Shown piece after piece: positions 27,103 to 38,147 of a stretch of DNA of 64,000 nt. Within the stretch, counting starts at the first letter, position 1, and each line of letters starts with the position of its first letter. Location of the stretch: positions 13,936-77,935 of the forward strand of contig CACNIG010000004.1 in assembly GCA_902620455.1 (NCBI GenBank). Reading direction: 5' to 3'. The stretch comes from an uncultured Bacteroidota bacterium (lineage in GTDB: Bacteria; Bacteroidota; Bacteroidia; Flavobacteriales; Flavobacteriaceae). A program made the position numbers and the translations under genes. Below the pieces are notes generated by a model that was not told the origin of the DNA, searched no databases, and worked only from the letters and a program-made list of their open reading frames with translations.

Positions 27103-28857
27103 TTCTTCGACAAATTGTTCTTCATATAATTTTTTGAACTTTCCGTTGGAAATACTTAAAAGCTGTTTATGATTTCCAGACTCTAATATTTTTCCATTTT
27201 CCATGTAGATAATTTTATCTGCTGATTCAATTGTTGAAAGTCTATGAGCAATTATAATTGATGTTTTACCCTTTGTTATTTTTTTTGTAGCATTTTTTAT
27301 TAATTCTTCTGAATAAGAATCAATTGATGAAGTTGCCTCATCAAGAATTAAAATATCAGGGTTGTTAACTAACACACGAAGAAAAGCTATTAACTGCTTT
27401 TGACCTGCAGAAAGTGTATCACCTCTCTCACTCACATTGAAACTGTATCCCCCAGGAAGAGAATTAATAAAGTCATGGATCTCAAGTTCCTTAGCAGCAT
27501 TCTCAACATTTTCCATAGTTATGTCTTTATTATACAAAGTAATATTATTAAAAATACTATCAGCAAAAAGAAAAACATCTTGAAGAATTACACCAATTTT
27601 ACTTCTAACAGTTTCTAGAGTATAATGATTAATATCTTTTCCATCAATTAATATATTACCGGTATCTACCTCATAGAATTTAGTTATTAAATTTGTTATG
27701 GTTGTCTTTCCACTTCCAGTTGGACCTACAATAGCAAAAGATTCTCCAGGATTAATTTTAAATGAGATATTATTTAAGACTTGTTGATTAACTAAATAAG
27801 AAAAGTTAACATTATTAAATTCAATTAAACCTTTGAATGATTTTTCTTTCAGCCTTCCATTATCACTTATTTGCTGTTCATTTTCAAGAATATTAAAAAT
27901 TCTTTCTGTAGAAACCATTCCCATTTGAAGAGTATTAAATCTATCGGCTATTTGCCTCAATGGCCTAAATAACAGTCCAGACATAGAAATAAAAAGAAAC
28001 AAGGTACCTAAGGATATGTTTTCACCATTTAAATTGTTATAACCACCATACCAAACAAGAAGTCCAATACAAATTGAGGTGGAAATTTCAGCAATTGGAA
28101 AGAAAATAGAATTAATCCAAACAGTTCGCAACCAAGCATCTCTGTGTTTAATGTTTATTTTTTTGAAATTGTTAATTTCAACTTTTTCACGATTAAAAAT
28201 TTGAACAATTTTTATTCCACTTATTCTTTCTTGTACAAATGAGTTCAGATTTGCAACCTCTCGTCTAACTTTCTCAAAAGCTACTTTCATTGTTTTTTGA
28301 AATACTCTTGTAGCAAAAATTAATATAGGAAATATGGATATAACAACTAGTGTTAGCTCTAAACTAATGATAGTCATCACAGTAAGAACAGTTATCATCT
28401 TTAAAATATCAGCTATAATTGTAAATAAACCCTGGGAGAAAATACTTGCAATAGTTTCTATATCATTTACAGTTCTAGTAACAAGTCTACCAACGGCATT
28501 TTTATCAAAAAAAGACATCTTAAATTTGATAATTTTTTTAAAAACACTTACTCTTAAATCTTTGATTACTTTTTGACCTAACCAGTTTGCATAGAAAGTA
28601 AATAAGTACATAAATATCACTTCAAAAATAAGTACCAAAATCATAAGTAATATTATTGACTGCATCCCTTCAAAATTTTTTATAAGAATGTAATCATCTA
28701 CAACTACCTTAAGTAGATAAGGGGTTAATGTTGAAAAAAGAGAGATAAGAATAGCTGTAAACATTACTCCATAAAATGTATAGTTATATGGCCTAACAAA
28801 AACTAAAAGTTTTGAAAATAATTTAACATCAAATATTTTACCTTTTACTTTTTCCAA
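27094..28857 (-). CDS. ABC transporter, fused permease/ATPase (MsbA-like exporter)
   Basis: Six-TM N-terminal half, Walker A GPTGSGKTT, signature LSAGQKQ and Walker B ILILDEATS. Confidence 0.9.
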   Translation of the reverse strand: MEKVKGKIFDVKLFSKLLVFVRPYNYTFYGVMFTAILISLFSTLTPYLLKVVVDDYILIKNFEGMQSIILLMILVLIFEVIFMYLFTFYANWLGQKVIKDLRVSVFKKIIKFKMSFFDKNAVGRLVTRTVNDIETIASIFSQGLFTIIADILKMITVLTVMTIISLELTLVVISIFPILIFATRVFQKTMKVAFEKVRREVANLNSFVQERISGIKIVQIFNREKVEINNFKKINIKHRDAWLRTVWINSIFFPIAEISTSICIGLLVWYGGYNNLNGENISLGTLFLFISMSGLLFRPLRQIADRFNTLQMGMVSTERIFNILENEQQISDNGRLKEKSFKGLIEFNNVNFSYLVNQQVLNNISFKINPGESFAIVGPTGSGKTTITNLITKFYEVDTGNILIDGKDINHYTLETVRSKIGVILQDVFLFADSIFNNITLYNKDITMENVENAAKELEIHDFINSLPGGYSFNVSERGDTLSAGQKQLIAFLRVLVNNPDILILDEATSSIDSYSEELIKNATKKITKGKTSIIIAHRLSTIESADKIIYMENGKILESGNHKQLLSISNGKFKKLYEEQFVEELV

Positions 28858-29603
28858 TGTGTCTCAAAAATTTTTTTATAATTAATACCAGTTAAAAATA
28901 AACCAGAAGCAGGGACTGAATACCCTGCTTTACGTCTATCCTCAGAATCTAATATAATCTGAAAATCTTTATCAGTTATTTTTTGTATTCCAATTTCAAT
29001 CATTGTTCCAACAATAGATCTAACCATATTTCTCAGAAATCTGTTAGCTCTTATGGAAAACTTATAACCTTTCTTAGAGATTTTCCATTCTGCGAATTGA
29101 ATATCGCAATCATAGGTTTTTACATCTGTATTAGACTTTGAAAAACACTTAAAATTTTTATGTCTAATTAATCTTATACAACTTTTATTCATTTTATCTA
29201 TGTCTAATTTATCTCTAAAAAAATATGAAAACTTAAAATTAAAAGGATCTTTCTTCGAGCTTATATAGTACTCATAAGTTCTGCTAAGTGCATCAAACCT
29301 AGCATGTGAGTCATTATTTACTAAAGACAAACATTCAATACATATATCTTTTGGAATCATCATATTTAAAGATCTACAGAAGTTGGTTTTATCAAAGTCA
29401 TGTTCCATATCAAAATGTGCAAACATTTGTTTAGCATGAACTCCTGCATCTGTTCTCCCTGCTAATGTTAAATTTATATTTGACCTACAAAACTTTGAGA
29501 TATTGGTCTCCAATATTTCCTGAATAGTTAATGAATTAGGTTGTTTTTGAATTCCATGATAATTTGAACCATCATATGAAAACTCAATAAAATACCTTGG
29601 CAT
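28845..29603 (-). CDS. truA: tRNA pseudouridine(38-40) synthase
   Basis: YDGSNYHGIQKQ and GRTDAGVHA catalytic Asp motif. Confidence 0.9.
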   Translation of the reverse strand: MPRYFIEFSYDGSNYHGIQKQPNSLTIQEILETNISKFCRSNINLTLAGRTDAGVHAKQMFAHFDMEHDFDKTNFCRSLNMMIPKDICIECLSLVNNDSHARFDALSRTYEYYISSKKDPFNFKFSYFFRDKLDIDKMNKSCIRLIRHKNFKCFSKSNTDVKTYDCDIQFAEWKISKKGYKFSIRANRFLRNMVRSIVGTMIEIGIQKITDKDFQIILDSEDRRKAGYSVPASGLFLTGINYKKIFETHWKK

Positions 29604-29638
29604 AAGCAGTTAATTAAGATATTTGTTGAATTTAAAAA

Positions 29639-29646
29639 TAAATTTG
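29639..29646 (+). promoter_or_regulatory. possible -7 box TAAATTTG upstream of rho
   Basis: Exact TAnnTTTG match about 70 nt before the rho ATG, which would leave a long leader. Confidence 0.35.
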
Positions 29647-29717
29647 TAAATTCGTGTAACTATTTCTTCCAAGAAGTACATTTCTATTAACATTTCAAAT
29701 TAAAATTTCCACCACAT

Positions 29718-31142
29718 ATGTACGATATTAAGATGCTTAAAGCTAAAAAACTAGCTGAGCTTATTGAAATTGCAGAACAAATCGGGTTAAAAGATACTAA
29801 AGGCATGAAAAAACAAGATTTAATTGATGCTATTACAAAGAATCCTGATCAAGAAACAAGTTCTGTTAATACAAAACCTCAACCCGAAGAGAACAAACAA
29901 AACAACTTCGAAAAAAGACCAAGAAATGGATCTAATAAAGGTCATCACAATAAAAACTTTTCAAATAAAAAAGAAGATAACTTTAATAAAGACAACAGGA
30001 GGAAATATAAAGAACCAGATTTTGAGTTTGATGGAATTATTGAATCAGAGGGTGTTTTAGAAATAATGCAAGATGGATACGGGTTTTTAAGATCTTCAGA
30101 TTATAATTATCTATCTTCTCCAGATGATATCTATGTGTCTCAATCACAAATAAAATTATTTGGTCTTAAAACTGGGGATACTGTTCATGGAACAGTTAGG
30201 CCTCCAAAAGATGGGGAGAAGTATTTTCCTTTAATAAAGGTGAATAAAATAAATGGATTGAACCCTGAGGTAGTTAGAGATAGAGTTTCATTTGAACATT
30301 TAACACCATTATTCCCTGAGGAAAAATTTAATATTTCATCAAAAGAAAGTACAATTTCAACTAGAATAATAGATCTTTTCTCACCAATTGGAAAAGGGCA
30401 AAGGGGAATGATAGTATCACAACCTAAAACTGGTAAAACTATGCTTTTAAAAGATGTAGCAAATGCTATTGCTGCAAACCATCCAGAAGTATTTCAAATC
30501 ATTTTATTAATTGATGAGAGACCAGAAGAGGTTACTGATATGCAAAGGAATGTTAAAGGTGAAGTTGTAGCGTCAACATTTGATGAGCCTGCCGACAGAC
30601 ATGTTAGGGTTGCAAATATAGTTCTTGAAAAAGCTAAAAGACTTGTAGAGTGTGGTCATGATGTCGTAATTCTTTTAGATTCCATTACAAGATTAGCAAG
30701 AGCATATAATACTGTTCAACCAGCCTCAGGTAAAATATTAAGTGGTGGTGTTGATGCAAACGCGCTTCACAAACCTAAAAGATTCTTTGGTGCTGCAAGA
30801 AATATTGAAAATGGGGGTTCGCTTTCAATAATATCAACTGCTCTTACAGAAACTGGTTCAAAAATGGATGAAGTAATTTTCGAGGAGTTTAAAGGTACTG
30901 GTAACATGGAGCTTCAGTTAGACAGAAGGATTTCAAACAGAAGAATTTTCCCAGCAATTGATCTTGTTTCATCAAGTACAAGGAGAGATGATCTTCTTCT
31001 GGATGAAAACACAATTCAGAGGATGTGGATTATGAGAAAATATCTTGCAGATATGAACCCTGTGGAGGCAATGGAATTTATAAATGATAGATTCAAAAAA
31101 ACCAAAAATAATGAAGAGTTTCTTATTTCAATGAACTCTTAA
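29718..31142 (+). CDS. rho: transcription termination factor Rho with K/N-rich N-terminal insertion
   Basis: Rho N-terminal helix bundle [14 protein letters not shown], Walker A QPKTGKT and the C-terminal [13 protein letters not shown] motif. Confidence 0.95.
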   Translation: MYDIKMLKAKKLAELIEIAEQIGLKDTKGMKKQDLIDAITKNPDQETSSVNTKPQPEENKQNNFEKRPRNGSNKGHHNKNFSNKKEDNFNKDNRRKYKEPDFEFDGIIESEGVLEIMQDGYGFLRSSDYNYLSSPDDIYVSQSQIKLFGLKTGDTVHGTVRPPKDGEKYFPLIKVNKINGLNPEVVRDRVSFEHLTPLFPEEKFNISSKESTISTRIIDLFSPIGKGQRGMIVSQPKTGKTMLLKDVANAIAANHPEVFQIILLIDERPEEVTDMQRNVKGEVVASTFDEPADRHVRVANIVLEKAKRLVECGHDVVILLDSITRLARAYNTVQPASGKILSGGVDANALHKPKRFFGAARNIENGGSLSIISTALTETGSKMDEVIFEEFKGTGNMELQLDRRISNRRIFPAIDLVSSSTRRDDLLLDENTIQRMWIMRKYLADMNPVEAMEFINDRFKKTKNNEEFLISMNS

Positions 31143-31385
31143 TTACTTCAGCTTACTTAATTTAGACTTAAGATTTGAAGCTTTATTCTTGTGAATTACA
31201 TTCTTCTTTGCCAACTTATCTATTAAAGAAACTACTCCAGGGTAAAGCTTAGCAGCCTCTTTTTTAGATTTAGCCTCTTTAAGCTTTTTGATAGCATTTC
31301 TTGTAGTCTTATGTTGAAGTTTGTTCAAAGACTTTTTGGTTTCATCAGAACGAATTCTTTTTAAAGCAGATTTATGATTTGCCAT
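31143..31385 (-). CDS. rpsT: 30S ribosomal protein S20
   Basis: MANHKSALKRIR start, 80 aa, basic. Confidence 0.9.
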   Translation of the reverse strand: MANHKSALKRIRSDETKKSLNKLQHKTTRNAIKKLKEAKSKKEAAKLYPGVVSLIDKLAKKNVIHKNKASNLKSKLSKLK

Positions 31386-31398
31386 AATTTTTATTTTG

Positions 31399-31470
31399 TA
31401 GCCCGTAGGGGAATCGAACCCCTCTTTCCAGGATGAAAACCTGAGGTCCTAACCGATAGACGAACGGGCC
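31399..31470 (-). tRNA. tRNA-Glu (anticodon TTC)
   Basis: Reverse complement ggcccgttcgtctatcggttaggac... has anticodon loop ttttcat and T-loop ttcgatt. Confidence 0.9.
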
Positions 31471-31480
31471 AATCAGGGTG

Positions 31481-31488
31481 CAAATTTA
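31481..31488 (-). promoter_or_regulatory. -7 box TAAATTTG for tRNA-Glu (and probably rpsT)
   Basis: Exact TAnnTTTG match on the minus strand, 10 nt upstream of the tRNA 5' end. Confidence 0.4.
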
Positions 31489-31505
31489 ATTTAAATTTTA
31501 ATATA

Positions 31506-32984
31506 TCAATAAGATTTTGAAAATATTACTTTGTGACGAGCAGGTTCACCAGAATAAATACATTTAACACCTTTATTATCAAAGTCTTCAGGAATGCATC
31601 TAATGGTTGCTTTTGTCTCAGACTTTATTGCTTCCTCGGTTTCGCTTGTTCCATCCCAACCTGCAATTACAAAACCACTTTGAGAAGAAATTAATTCTTT
31701 AAACTCATCATATGAACTGACCTCATGAGTATGTTTTTTTAATCTTTTTTTAGACTTTAGTATCATATCTTCTTGGATTTTCATTATTGATGATTCCACA
31801 ATAGAGGTTAATTCAGAATACTTAGAAGAAACTTTTTCAAAATTATATCTAAAGAAAATTTCAAACTCATCTTTTTCAACTTCCTTTTCCCCTATAACTA
31901 TTCTCATTGGAATACCTTTAACCTCTGAATCGTTGAGTTTAAATCCAAGACTTATATTCTCTCTATTATCAATCTTAACTCTAACTCCTGTCTTTTTAAT
32001 TGAGTTAAATAAATCATCAGTCTTTTTTAATATTTTTTTTGAACTTTCCTCAGACTTAATCAAAGGAATAATAATTATTTGAGTTGGTGCTAGTAATGGA
32101 GGAAGGATAAGACCACTATCATCACTATGTGACATAATTAGAGCACCCATCAATCTAGTCGAAACACCCCAAGAAGTAGCCCATACATATTCTAATTTAC
32201 CAGATTTATCTGCAAACTTAACATCAAAAGCTTTGGCAAAGTTTTGACCAAGAAAATGAGATGTGCCAGCTTGCAAAGCTTTACCATCCTGCATTAAAGC
32301 TTCAATACAAAGAGTCTCCTCAGCACCAGCAAATCTCTCTGACTCAGATTTTGATCCTTGAATAACTGGCATTGCCATATATTTCTCCGCAAACTCGGAA
32401 TAAATATTATTAATCAATTTTGTTTCCTTCAAAGCTTCCTCTTTAGTTGCATGCGCTGTGTGTCCCTCTTGCCACAAAAACTCAGCAGTTCTGAGAAAAA
32501 GTCGAGTTCTCATTTCCCATCTGACAACATTAGCCCATTGATTGATAAGTATAGGTAGGTCTCTATATGATTGAATCCATCTTTTGTATGTCTTCCATAT
32601 AATTGCTTCGCTAGTTGGTCTAACAATAAGCTCTTCTTCAAGTTTAGAATCTGGGTCAACTATAAGTTTTCCTTTTTTGTCAGAATCATTTTTTAATCTG
32701 TAATGTGTAACTACCGCACACTCTTTTGCAAAGCCTTCAGCATTTTTTTCTTCAGCCTCAAATAATGATTTTGGTACAAATAGAGGAAAATAAGCATTTT
32801 CATGACCTGTCTCCTTGAACATATTATCAAGCTGAGACTTCATCAGTTCCCATATTGCAAAACCATAGGGCTTGATAACCATACAACCCCTTACATCAGA
32901 AGATTCAGCTAAACCAGCTTCAGAGACAATATCATTATACCATTTAGAATAATCAACATTTCTAGGAGTTATTTTCTTTCCCAT
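31506..32984 (-). CDS. proS: prolyl-tRNA synthetase (archaeal/eukaryote-like type)
   Basis: 492-aa class II aaRS with RPTSE and [16 protein letters not shown] motifs and C-terminal end SKSY. Confidence 0.95.
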   Translation of the reverse strand: MGKKITPRNVDYSKWYNDIVSEAGLAESSDVRGCMVIKPYGFAIWELMKSQLDNMFKETGHENAYFPLFVPKSLFEAEEKNAEGFAKECAVVTHYRLKNDSDKKGKLIVDPDSKLEEELIVRPTSEAIIWKTYKRWIQSYRDLPILINQWANVVRWEMRTRLFLRTAEFLWQEGHTAHATKEEALKETKLINNIYSEFAEKYMAMPVIQGSKSESERFAGAEETLCIEALMQDGKALQAGTSHFLGQNFAKAFDVKFADKSGKLEYVWATSWGVSTRLMGALIMSHSDDSGLILPPLLAPTQIIIIPLIKSEESSKKILKKTDDLFNSIKKTGVRVKIDNRENISLGFKLNDSEVKGIPMRIVIGEKEVEKDEFEIFFRYNFEKVSSKYSELTSIVESSIMKIQEDMILKSKKRLKKHTHEVSSYDEFKELISSQSGFVIAGWDGTSETEEAIKSETKATIRCIPEDFDNKGVKCIYSGEPARHKVIFSKSY

Positions 32985-33097
32985 TGGTTAAATCTTATTA
33001 ACAATTATTGTAAAAAAGTGGCACAATTCTTGTTCTGTATTAGGTAACTGTAAAAGTAATGATTTACATTTAAATAATTATTCTTAAATTTACATAG

Positions 33098-34240
33098 ATG
33101 AGAAAAACTTTAGGTTTACTGAAAATTGCTCTGTTATCAACACTTTTTATAGGATGTAATGCATACCAGCTTGCATCTTATTATGAAGATAATGATGGCA
33201 TATATGTGTCTAGTGATAGAGGTATTGATTATGAAGTTGTATTCAGTGAATATGCAGACGAACCTTTAAACTCCTACTCATCAACTGATAATATTGGAAA
33301 TCTTCCATGGGGAGCAAATCCAGAAACAACTGAGGTTGTCAATAATTTTTTCCCAAGCTTCGGAAGATTCTATTATGATCCTTTTTTACACAACATAGCA
33401 ATCAATCCATTCTTTACTTATAATGGACATTTCATAAACTATGGTTTTAGACCTCCGTTTTTCTATAACAGTTTTGCTTATGAAATGGGATATCCCTTTT
33501 ACGGTCCTTTAAATTTCTATTTTTCTCCATATGCTACTTCATTAGGAAATTATTACTGGTACATGATGAGACATAGAAGATTTCTCCCATGGTATTACGG
33601 TGGTATGTATGACTCAACTGCGTATAGAGATCAATATGGTAATGAAGTAACAAGTTCGACTAGAGTAAGCTTTAGTAACTCTGCTTCAAGAAGAGGTGAA
33701 GGAAGTGCAACCAATAGCGTTTCGAGAAACAGCGATTCACAAGGTGTAAGAATATCTGGTCTTTACTCAAGACTTGGCTCCTATGGTGGAGTATACATCG
33801 ACAGGACAAGAGATGTCTCAGATTATGATGATATAAACACAAACATCAATCTAAGAGAAATTAAAAATAATGAACTAATTGGAGTTTACTCAAGAGGTAG
33901 TTCAAATTCAAGAGGTATGAGTAGAAATAGTTCTGTTCCAAATCTAAGTCAAATAAAGAGCGATTATGTTAGGGAAGCTTATCAACAAATTAGATCAGTA
34001 AATCCTAGCCAAAGAGGAAATTCTTCTTACAGATCCTCTAGTTTCGATTATTCAAATTCTGGCCCAAGCTATTACAGCAGATCCTCAAGGAACAACTCTT
34101 CGTTTTCAAATAGAGGTGGATCCCGTTCATATGGTGCTAGCCAAGGAGGTAGTTACAGCGCTCCAAGTAGAGGTGGATCAAGCAGTGGATCCAGAGGAAG
34201 TGCAGGTGGTGGCTCTAGAGGTGGTGGAAAGATAAACTAA
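33098..34240 (+). CDS. hypothetical lipoprotein with aromatic-rich core and S/R/G/N low-complexity tail
   Basis: Lipobox FIGCN, a Y/F/P-rich block, and a tail ending GGSRSYGASQGGSYSAPSRGGSSSGSRGSAGGGSRGGGKIN. Confidence 0.55.
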   Translation: MRKTLGLLKIALLSTLFIGCNAYQLASYYEDNDGIYVSSDRGIDYEVVFSEYADEPLNSYSSTDNIGNLPWGANPETTEVVNNFFPSFGRFYYDPFLHNIAINPFFTYNGHFINYGFRPPFFYNSFAYEMGYPFYGPLNFYFSPYATSLGNYYWYMMRHRRFLPWYYGGMYDSTAYRDQYGNEVTSSTRVSFSNSASRRGEGSATNSVSRNSDSQGVRISGLYSRLGSYGGVYIDRTRDVSDYDDINTNINLREIKNNELIGVYSRGSSNSRGMSRNSSVPNLSQIKSDYVREAYQQIRSVNPSQRGNSSYRSSSFDYSNSGPSYYSRSSRNNSSFSNRGGSRSYGASQGGSYSAPSRGGSSSGSRGSAGGGSRGGGKIN

Positions 34241-35740
34241 ATGTTCAAAAAATTTATTTGCTTATACTTTTTTATAAGTATAACATATACTAGTTATTCT
34301 CAAACATTTGAGGATGTACTTAGGTATAGCTCATTTTACAATGAAGGCACAGCAAGATTTAACTCAATGGGTGGTGCTTTTGGAGCATTAGGAGGTGATC
34401 TTAGCGCGATCTCAATTAATCCTGCAGGATCATCTATTTTTATAGACTCAGAATTTGGACTTACTTTAAACTATAAAAATCTTAATATTAATAACAGACT
34501 AAACAATAATTATTCTTCATCTAAAAATGATTTCTATTCCTATGGAGGGGTTGGAGTTGTTCTTGTATATGAAAATAGAAAATCTAAATTTTCAGTTGCC
34601 TACAATAATCATATTTTGGGAGATTTTGATAGTTCTTTTTACTTGTCTGGAAAGAATAATAATGGAATAGATAATTACTTTCTTTACTATGCCGATGGGA
34701 TTCCTGCTGAAGACTTGTTAATTTACGATGATGAGACATCTCAAAGTGTCTATACATATTTAGGAGATAATTATGGATTTGCTGATCAACAAGCTTTTCT
34801 TGGTTATCAAAGTTTTATAATCAATGATAGTGGTAATGAATTCAATAATTATGTCTCTAATGCACTCTATAGCAATCTAGATCAAAATCTTGATATATTT
34901 AGAAGAGGTAATCATTTTAAGCACAGTATTAATCTTGGTTTTTCAGTTAATAATCATGTCTTCACTGGAATAAATATTAATATGCATGAAACATTGTTTG
35001 AGGAGACTAAAGTTTTTGAAGAATTTGGTTACGCAAATAATTCTAACGTTCAGAGAATATTTTTCAAAGAAGACTTACTTGCATACGGAACTGGGTTCTC
35101 ATTTCAATTGGGTAGTATAATTAAGATTAAACAATTAAGAGTTGGATTGTCTTACTCTACCCCTACTACCTTAAATATTGAAGAAGAAAGCAGTCAAATT
35201 ATTGAAACTGATATAATAGAAAAAGATGGGTTAAAAACATATAGGATTGACCCTAACACAATAAATGTTTATGATGAGTATGAGCTAAAACTACCTTCAA
35301 AATCACTATTTAGTCTTGCATATATTTTTGGCTCTAGAGGTTTATTAAGTTTTGATTATGAGATTACTAAATTTAATAATGCCAAATTTGATGACAATAA
35401 TGGAAATGATTCATACTTGAATTCACTTAATTATTCCTTAAAAAAAAATATGGCTGGTTTCTCTGAATCAATTCGATTTGGAGGCGAATACAGACTTAAA
35501 AATTTAAATTTAAGAGGAGGATATTTTTCTTACAAGGGGCCTGACATAGATTTGAAAAATAAAATTAGCGGACTATCTGCTGGAATAGGAATTAATTATG
35601 GTTATATAGATGTGGATCTAGGTATAACTAAATATAATGACTTTTTAAAAAATAGATTATACACTAGAGGTCTAACTAATAAGTATGATATTGATAAGGA
35701 TTTATATTCTGTTTATGCTTCAATTTCAATTAAACTTTAA
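34241..35740 (+). CDS. outer-membrane beta-barrel protein (FadL/PorV-like N-terminal motif)
   Basis: Signal peptide, ARFNSMGGAFGALGGDLSAISINPAG and a C-terminal aromatic beta-strand. The ATG directly abuts the upstream stop. Confidence 0.55.
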   Translation: MFKKFICLYFFISITYTSYSQTFEDVLRYSSFYNEGTARFNSMGGAFGALGGDLSAISINPAGSSIFIDSEFGLTLNYKNLNINNRLNNNYSSSKNDFYSYGGVGVVLVYENRKSKFSVAYNNHILGDFDSSFYLSGKNNNGIDNYFLYYADGIPAEDLLIYDDETSQSVYTYLGDNYGFADQQAFLGYQSFIINDSGNEFNNYVSNALYSNLDQNLDIFRRGNHFKHSINLGFSVNNHVFTGININMHETLFEETKVFEEFGYANNSNVQRIFFKEDLLAYGTGFSFQLGSIIKIKQLRVGLSYSTPTTLNIEEESSQIIETDIIEKDGLKTYRIDPNTINVYDEYELKLPSKSLFSLAYIFGSRGLLSFDYEITKFNNAKFDDNNGNDSYLNSLNYSLKKNMAGFSESIRFGGEYRLKNLNLRGGYFSYKGPDIDLKNKISGLSAGIGINYGYIDVDLGITKYNDFLKNRLYTRGLTNKYDIDKDLYSVYASISIKL

Positions 35741-35791
35741 CTTCCTTTTAACTTGATAATTTCTATCTTTGTATAACTCAAATTTTAAAAA

Positions 35792-36475
35792 ATGAAACTA
35801 CAAGAATTACTAGATAAAGAAATAGATTCTATAGGTGATGATCACATTGGATCAAATACAGAAGAAACACCTATGAAAGAGGGGGCATTTGATGTACCTG
35901 ATAATGATAAAATAAGTTTTATTCAAGAAAAGGTATACGAAATTCTAGATATGCTTGGAATGGACTTAACTGATGATAGTTTAAGAGGAACTCCAAGAAG
36001 GGTTGCCAAAATGTTTGTTAATGAGATTTTTTCCGGATTAAATCCAAAGAACAGACCAGAGATGTCAACTTTTGAAAATAAATATAACTATGGAGAGATG
36101 CTAGTCGAAAAGAATATAACATTATACTCTACATGTGAGCATCATCTTCTTCCAATCGTTGGTTTAGCTCATGTTGCTTATATTTCCAATGGTAATGTAG
36201 TCGGATTATCAAAAATTAATAGGATTGTGAAATATTATGCTGAGAGACCTCAAGTTCAGGAAAGACTAACTATCCAAATAGTCAGAGATCTTCAAAAAGT
36301 TCTCAACACAGATGATGTTGCATGTGTTATTGACGCTAAGCACCTTTGCGTTAATTCAAGAGGTATAAAAGACATAAATTCAAGTACTGTAACATCTGAG
36401 TTTGGTGGTAAGTTTAAGAAGGATAAATTTAAAAGAGAGTTCTTAGACTACTTAAAACTTGAGTCTGAGCTTTAA
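35792..36475 (+). CDS. folE: GTP cyclohydrolase I
   Basis: GTPRRVAKMF, STCEHHLLP and RPQVQERLT motifs. Confidence 0.9.
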   Translation: MKLQELLDKEIDSIGDDHIGSNTEETPMKEGAFDVPDNDKISFIQEKVYEILDMLGMDLTDDSLRGTPRRVAKMFVNEIFSGLNPKNRPEMSTFENKYNYGEMLVEKNITLYSTCEHHLLPIVGLAHVAYISNGNVVGLSKINRIVKYYAERPQVQERLTIQIVRDLQKVLNTDDVACVIDAKHLCVNSRGIKDINSSTVTSEFGGKFKKDKFKREFLDYLKLESEL

Positions 36476-37911
36476 TGATTTCTCATAATCTATATATATA
36501 CAATTCACTAACTAGCTCTAAAGAGAAATTTAAACCTCTTCGAAAAAATTCAGTAGGAATGTATGTATGTGGGCCTACAGTTTACAGCGATGTTCATCTT
36601 GGCAACTGTAGAACATTCATTTCATTTGATATTATTTTTAGGTACCTTAAACATATTGGATATAATGTAAGATATGTAAGGAACATAACTGATGTTGGTC
36701 ATCTTGAGGACACTGGTGAAGACAAAATATCAAAGAAAGCTAAAATTGAGCAACTCGAACCAATGGAGATTGCCCAAAAATATACAAATAGCTTTAAAGA
36801 TGTTCTAAAAAAGTTTAATGTATTGAATCCTAGTATTGAACCTATTGCTTCAGGACATATTACCGAACAAATTTCTATAATAGAAGACCTATTAGAGAAA
36901 AATCTTGCCTACATTTCAAATGGCTCCGTGTATTTTGATATTTCAAAGTATAATGAAATCGACTCTTATGGAAAATTATCAGGCAGAGACTTGGATAAAA
37001 TTAAATCTAACTCAAGAAATCTTAACAGTCAAGATGATAAAATTAATGAGTTTGATTTTGCCTTGTGGAAAAAAGCTGATAAAAGCCACCTTATGAAGTG
37101 GAATTCTCCCTGGAGTATTGGATTTCCTGGATGGCATCTTGAGTGTACCGCAATGAGCAATAAATATCTTGGTGATGAATTTGATATTCATGGAGGTGGA
37201 ATAGACTTAAAGTTTCCTCACCACGATTGTGAGATTGCTCAAGCAGTTGGATATACTGGAAAACAACCAGCTAAGTTTTGGATTCATACTAATATGTTAA
37301 CATTAAATAGTAAAAAAATGTCTAAATCTCTAGATAATAACATTTTACCCGATGAGTTGTTTTCAGGTAAAAATGATATTTTTTCAAATTCATATGATCC
37401 GAATATTGTAAGATTCTTCTTTTTACAAGCTCATTATAGAAATGAACTTGATATTAGTGAAGATGCAATTCAATCCTCAGAAAAAGGTTTCAATAGGTTA
37501 GTAGAAATGATAGATAGGTTAAATAATTTAAAAGTCTCTAATACCAATAATGATGAAATTCTAAAAAGTATAAAAGATTTGGAAAAAAAATGTTACTCTT
37601 GTTTGGATGATGATTTTAACACGCCTAAGTTGATTGCTGAAATATTCAATTCTTCTAAATTAATCAATCAAATTGAAGCAAATGGGAATTTTGGCAACAG
37701 AGAAAAAGAATATTTTTTAAATTTATTTGACACTCTTTTAAATAAAATTTTAGGATTAAATTATAATAAATCTACTGCAGATAATGACTCAATTCTAGAA
37801 ATTTTACTAGGTATTAGAGATGAAGCAAGATCCAAAAGAGACTTTCAATTATCTGATTCAATAAGAGACCAATTAAATAAAAAAGGAATTAAAATAAATG
37901 ATAAAGATTAG
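36475..37911 (+). CDS. cysS: cysteinyl-tRNA synthetase
   Basis: [13 protein letters not shown] (HIGH-like), GWHLEC and KMSKS motifs. Confidence 0.95.
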   Translation: MISHNLYIYNSLTSSKEKFKPLRKNSVGMYVCGPTVYSDVHLGNCRTFISFDIIFRYLKHIGYNVRYVRNITDVGHLEDTGEDKISKKAKIEQLEPMEIAQKYTNSFKDVLKKFNVLNPSIEPIASGHITEQISIIEDLLEKNLAYISNGSVYFDISKYNEIDSYGKLSGRDLDKIKSNSRNLNSQDDKINEFDFALWKKADKSHLMKWNSPWSIGFPGWHLECTAMSNKYLGDEFDIHGGGIDLKFPHHDCEIAQAVGYTGKQPAKFWIHTNMLTLNSKKMSKSLDNNILPDELFSGKNDIFSNSYDPNIVRFFFLQAHYRNELDISEDAIQSSEKGFNRLVEMIDRLNNLKVSNTNNDEILKSIKDLEKKCYSCLDDDFNTPKLIAEIFNSSKLINQIEANGNFGNREKEYFLNLFDTLLNKILGLNYNKSTADNDSILEILLGIRDEARSKRDFQLSDSIRDQLNKKGIKINDKD

Positions 37912-38128
37912 TAGAATTCTTGCTTTCCCTTTTATACTCTTAATCAAAACCTATCAGATATTTATCTCACCTATCCTCGGAAGTAATTGCAGGTATTCCC
38001 CTACATGTTCTCAATATGGAATTATTGCACTTAAAAAATATGGTATTTTAAAAGGAAGTATTCTTACTGCTAAAAGAATAGCAAAATGTAATTCACTATT
38101 TAAGGGGGGGTATGACCCTGTGCCATAA
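37898..38128 (+). CDS. yidD: membrane protein insertion efficiency factor YidD
   Basis: [23 protein letters not shown] motif, 76 aa. Confidence 0.85.
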   Translation: MIKISRILAFPFILLIKTYQIFISPILGSNCRYSPTCSQYGIIALKKYGILKGSILTAKRIAKCNSLFKGGYDPVP

Positions 38129-38147
38129 ATTATACTTATATTTAGAG

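Noticed and set aside
29824-30060. 78-aa alternative-frame ORF within rho
   Set aside because: It lies in the low-complexity K/N-rich insertion, where several frames stay open by composition. The Rho frame is continuous and conserved.
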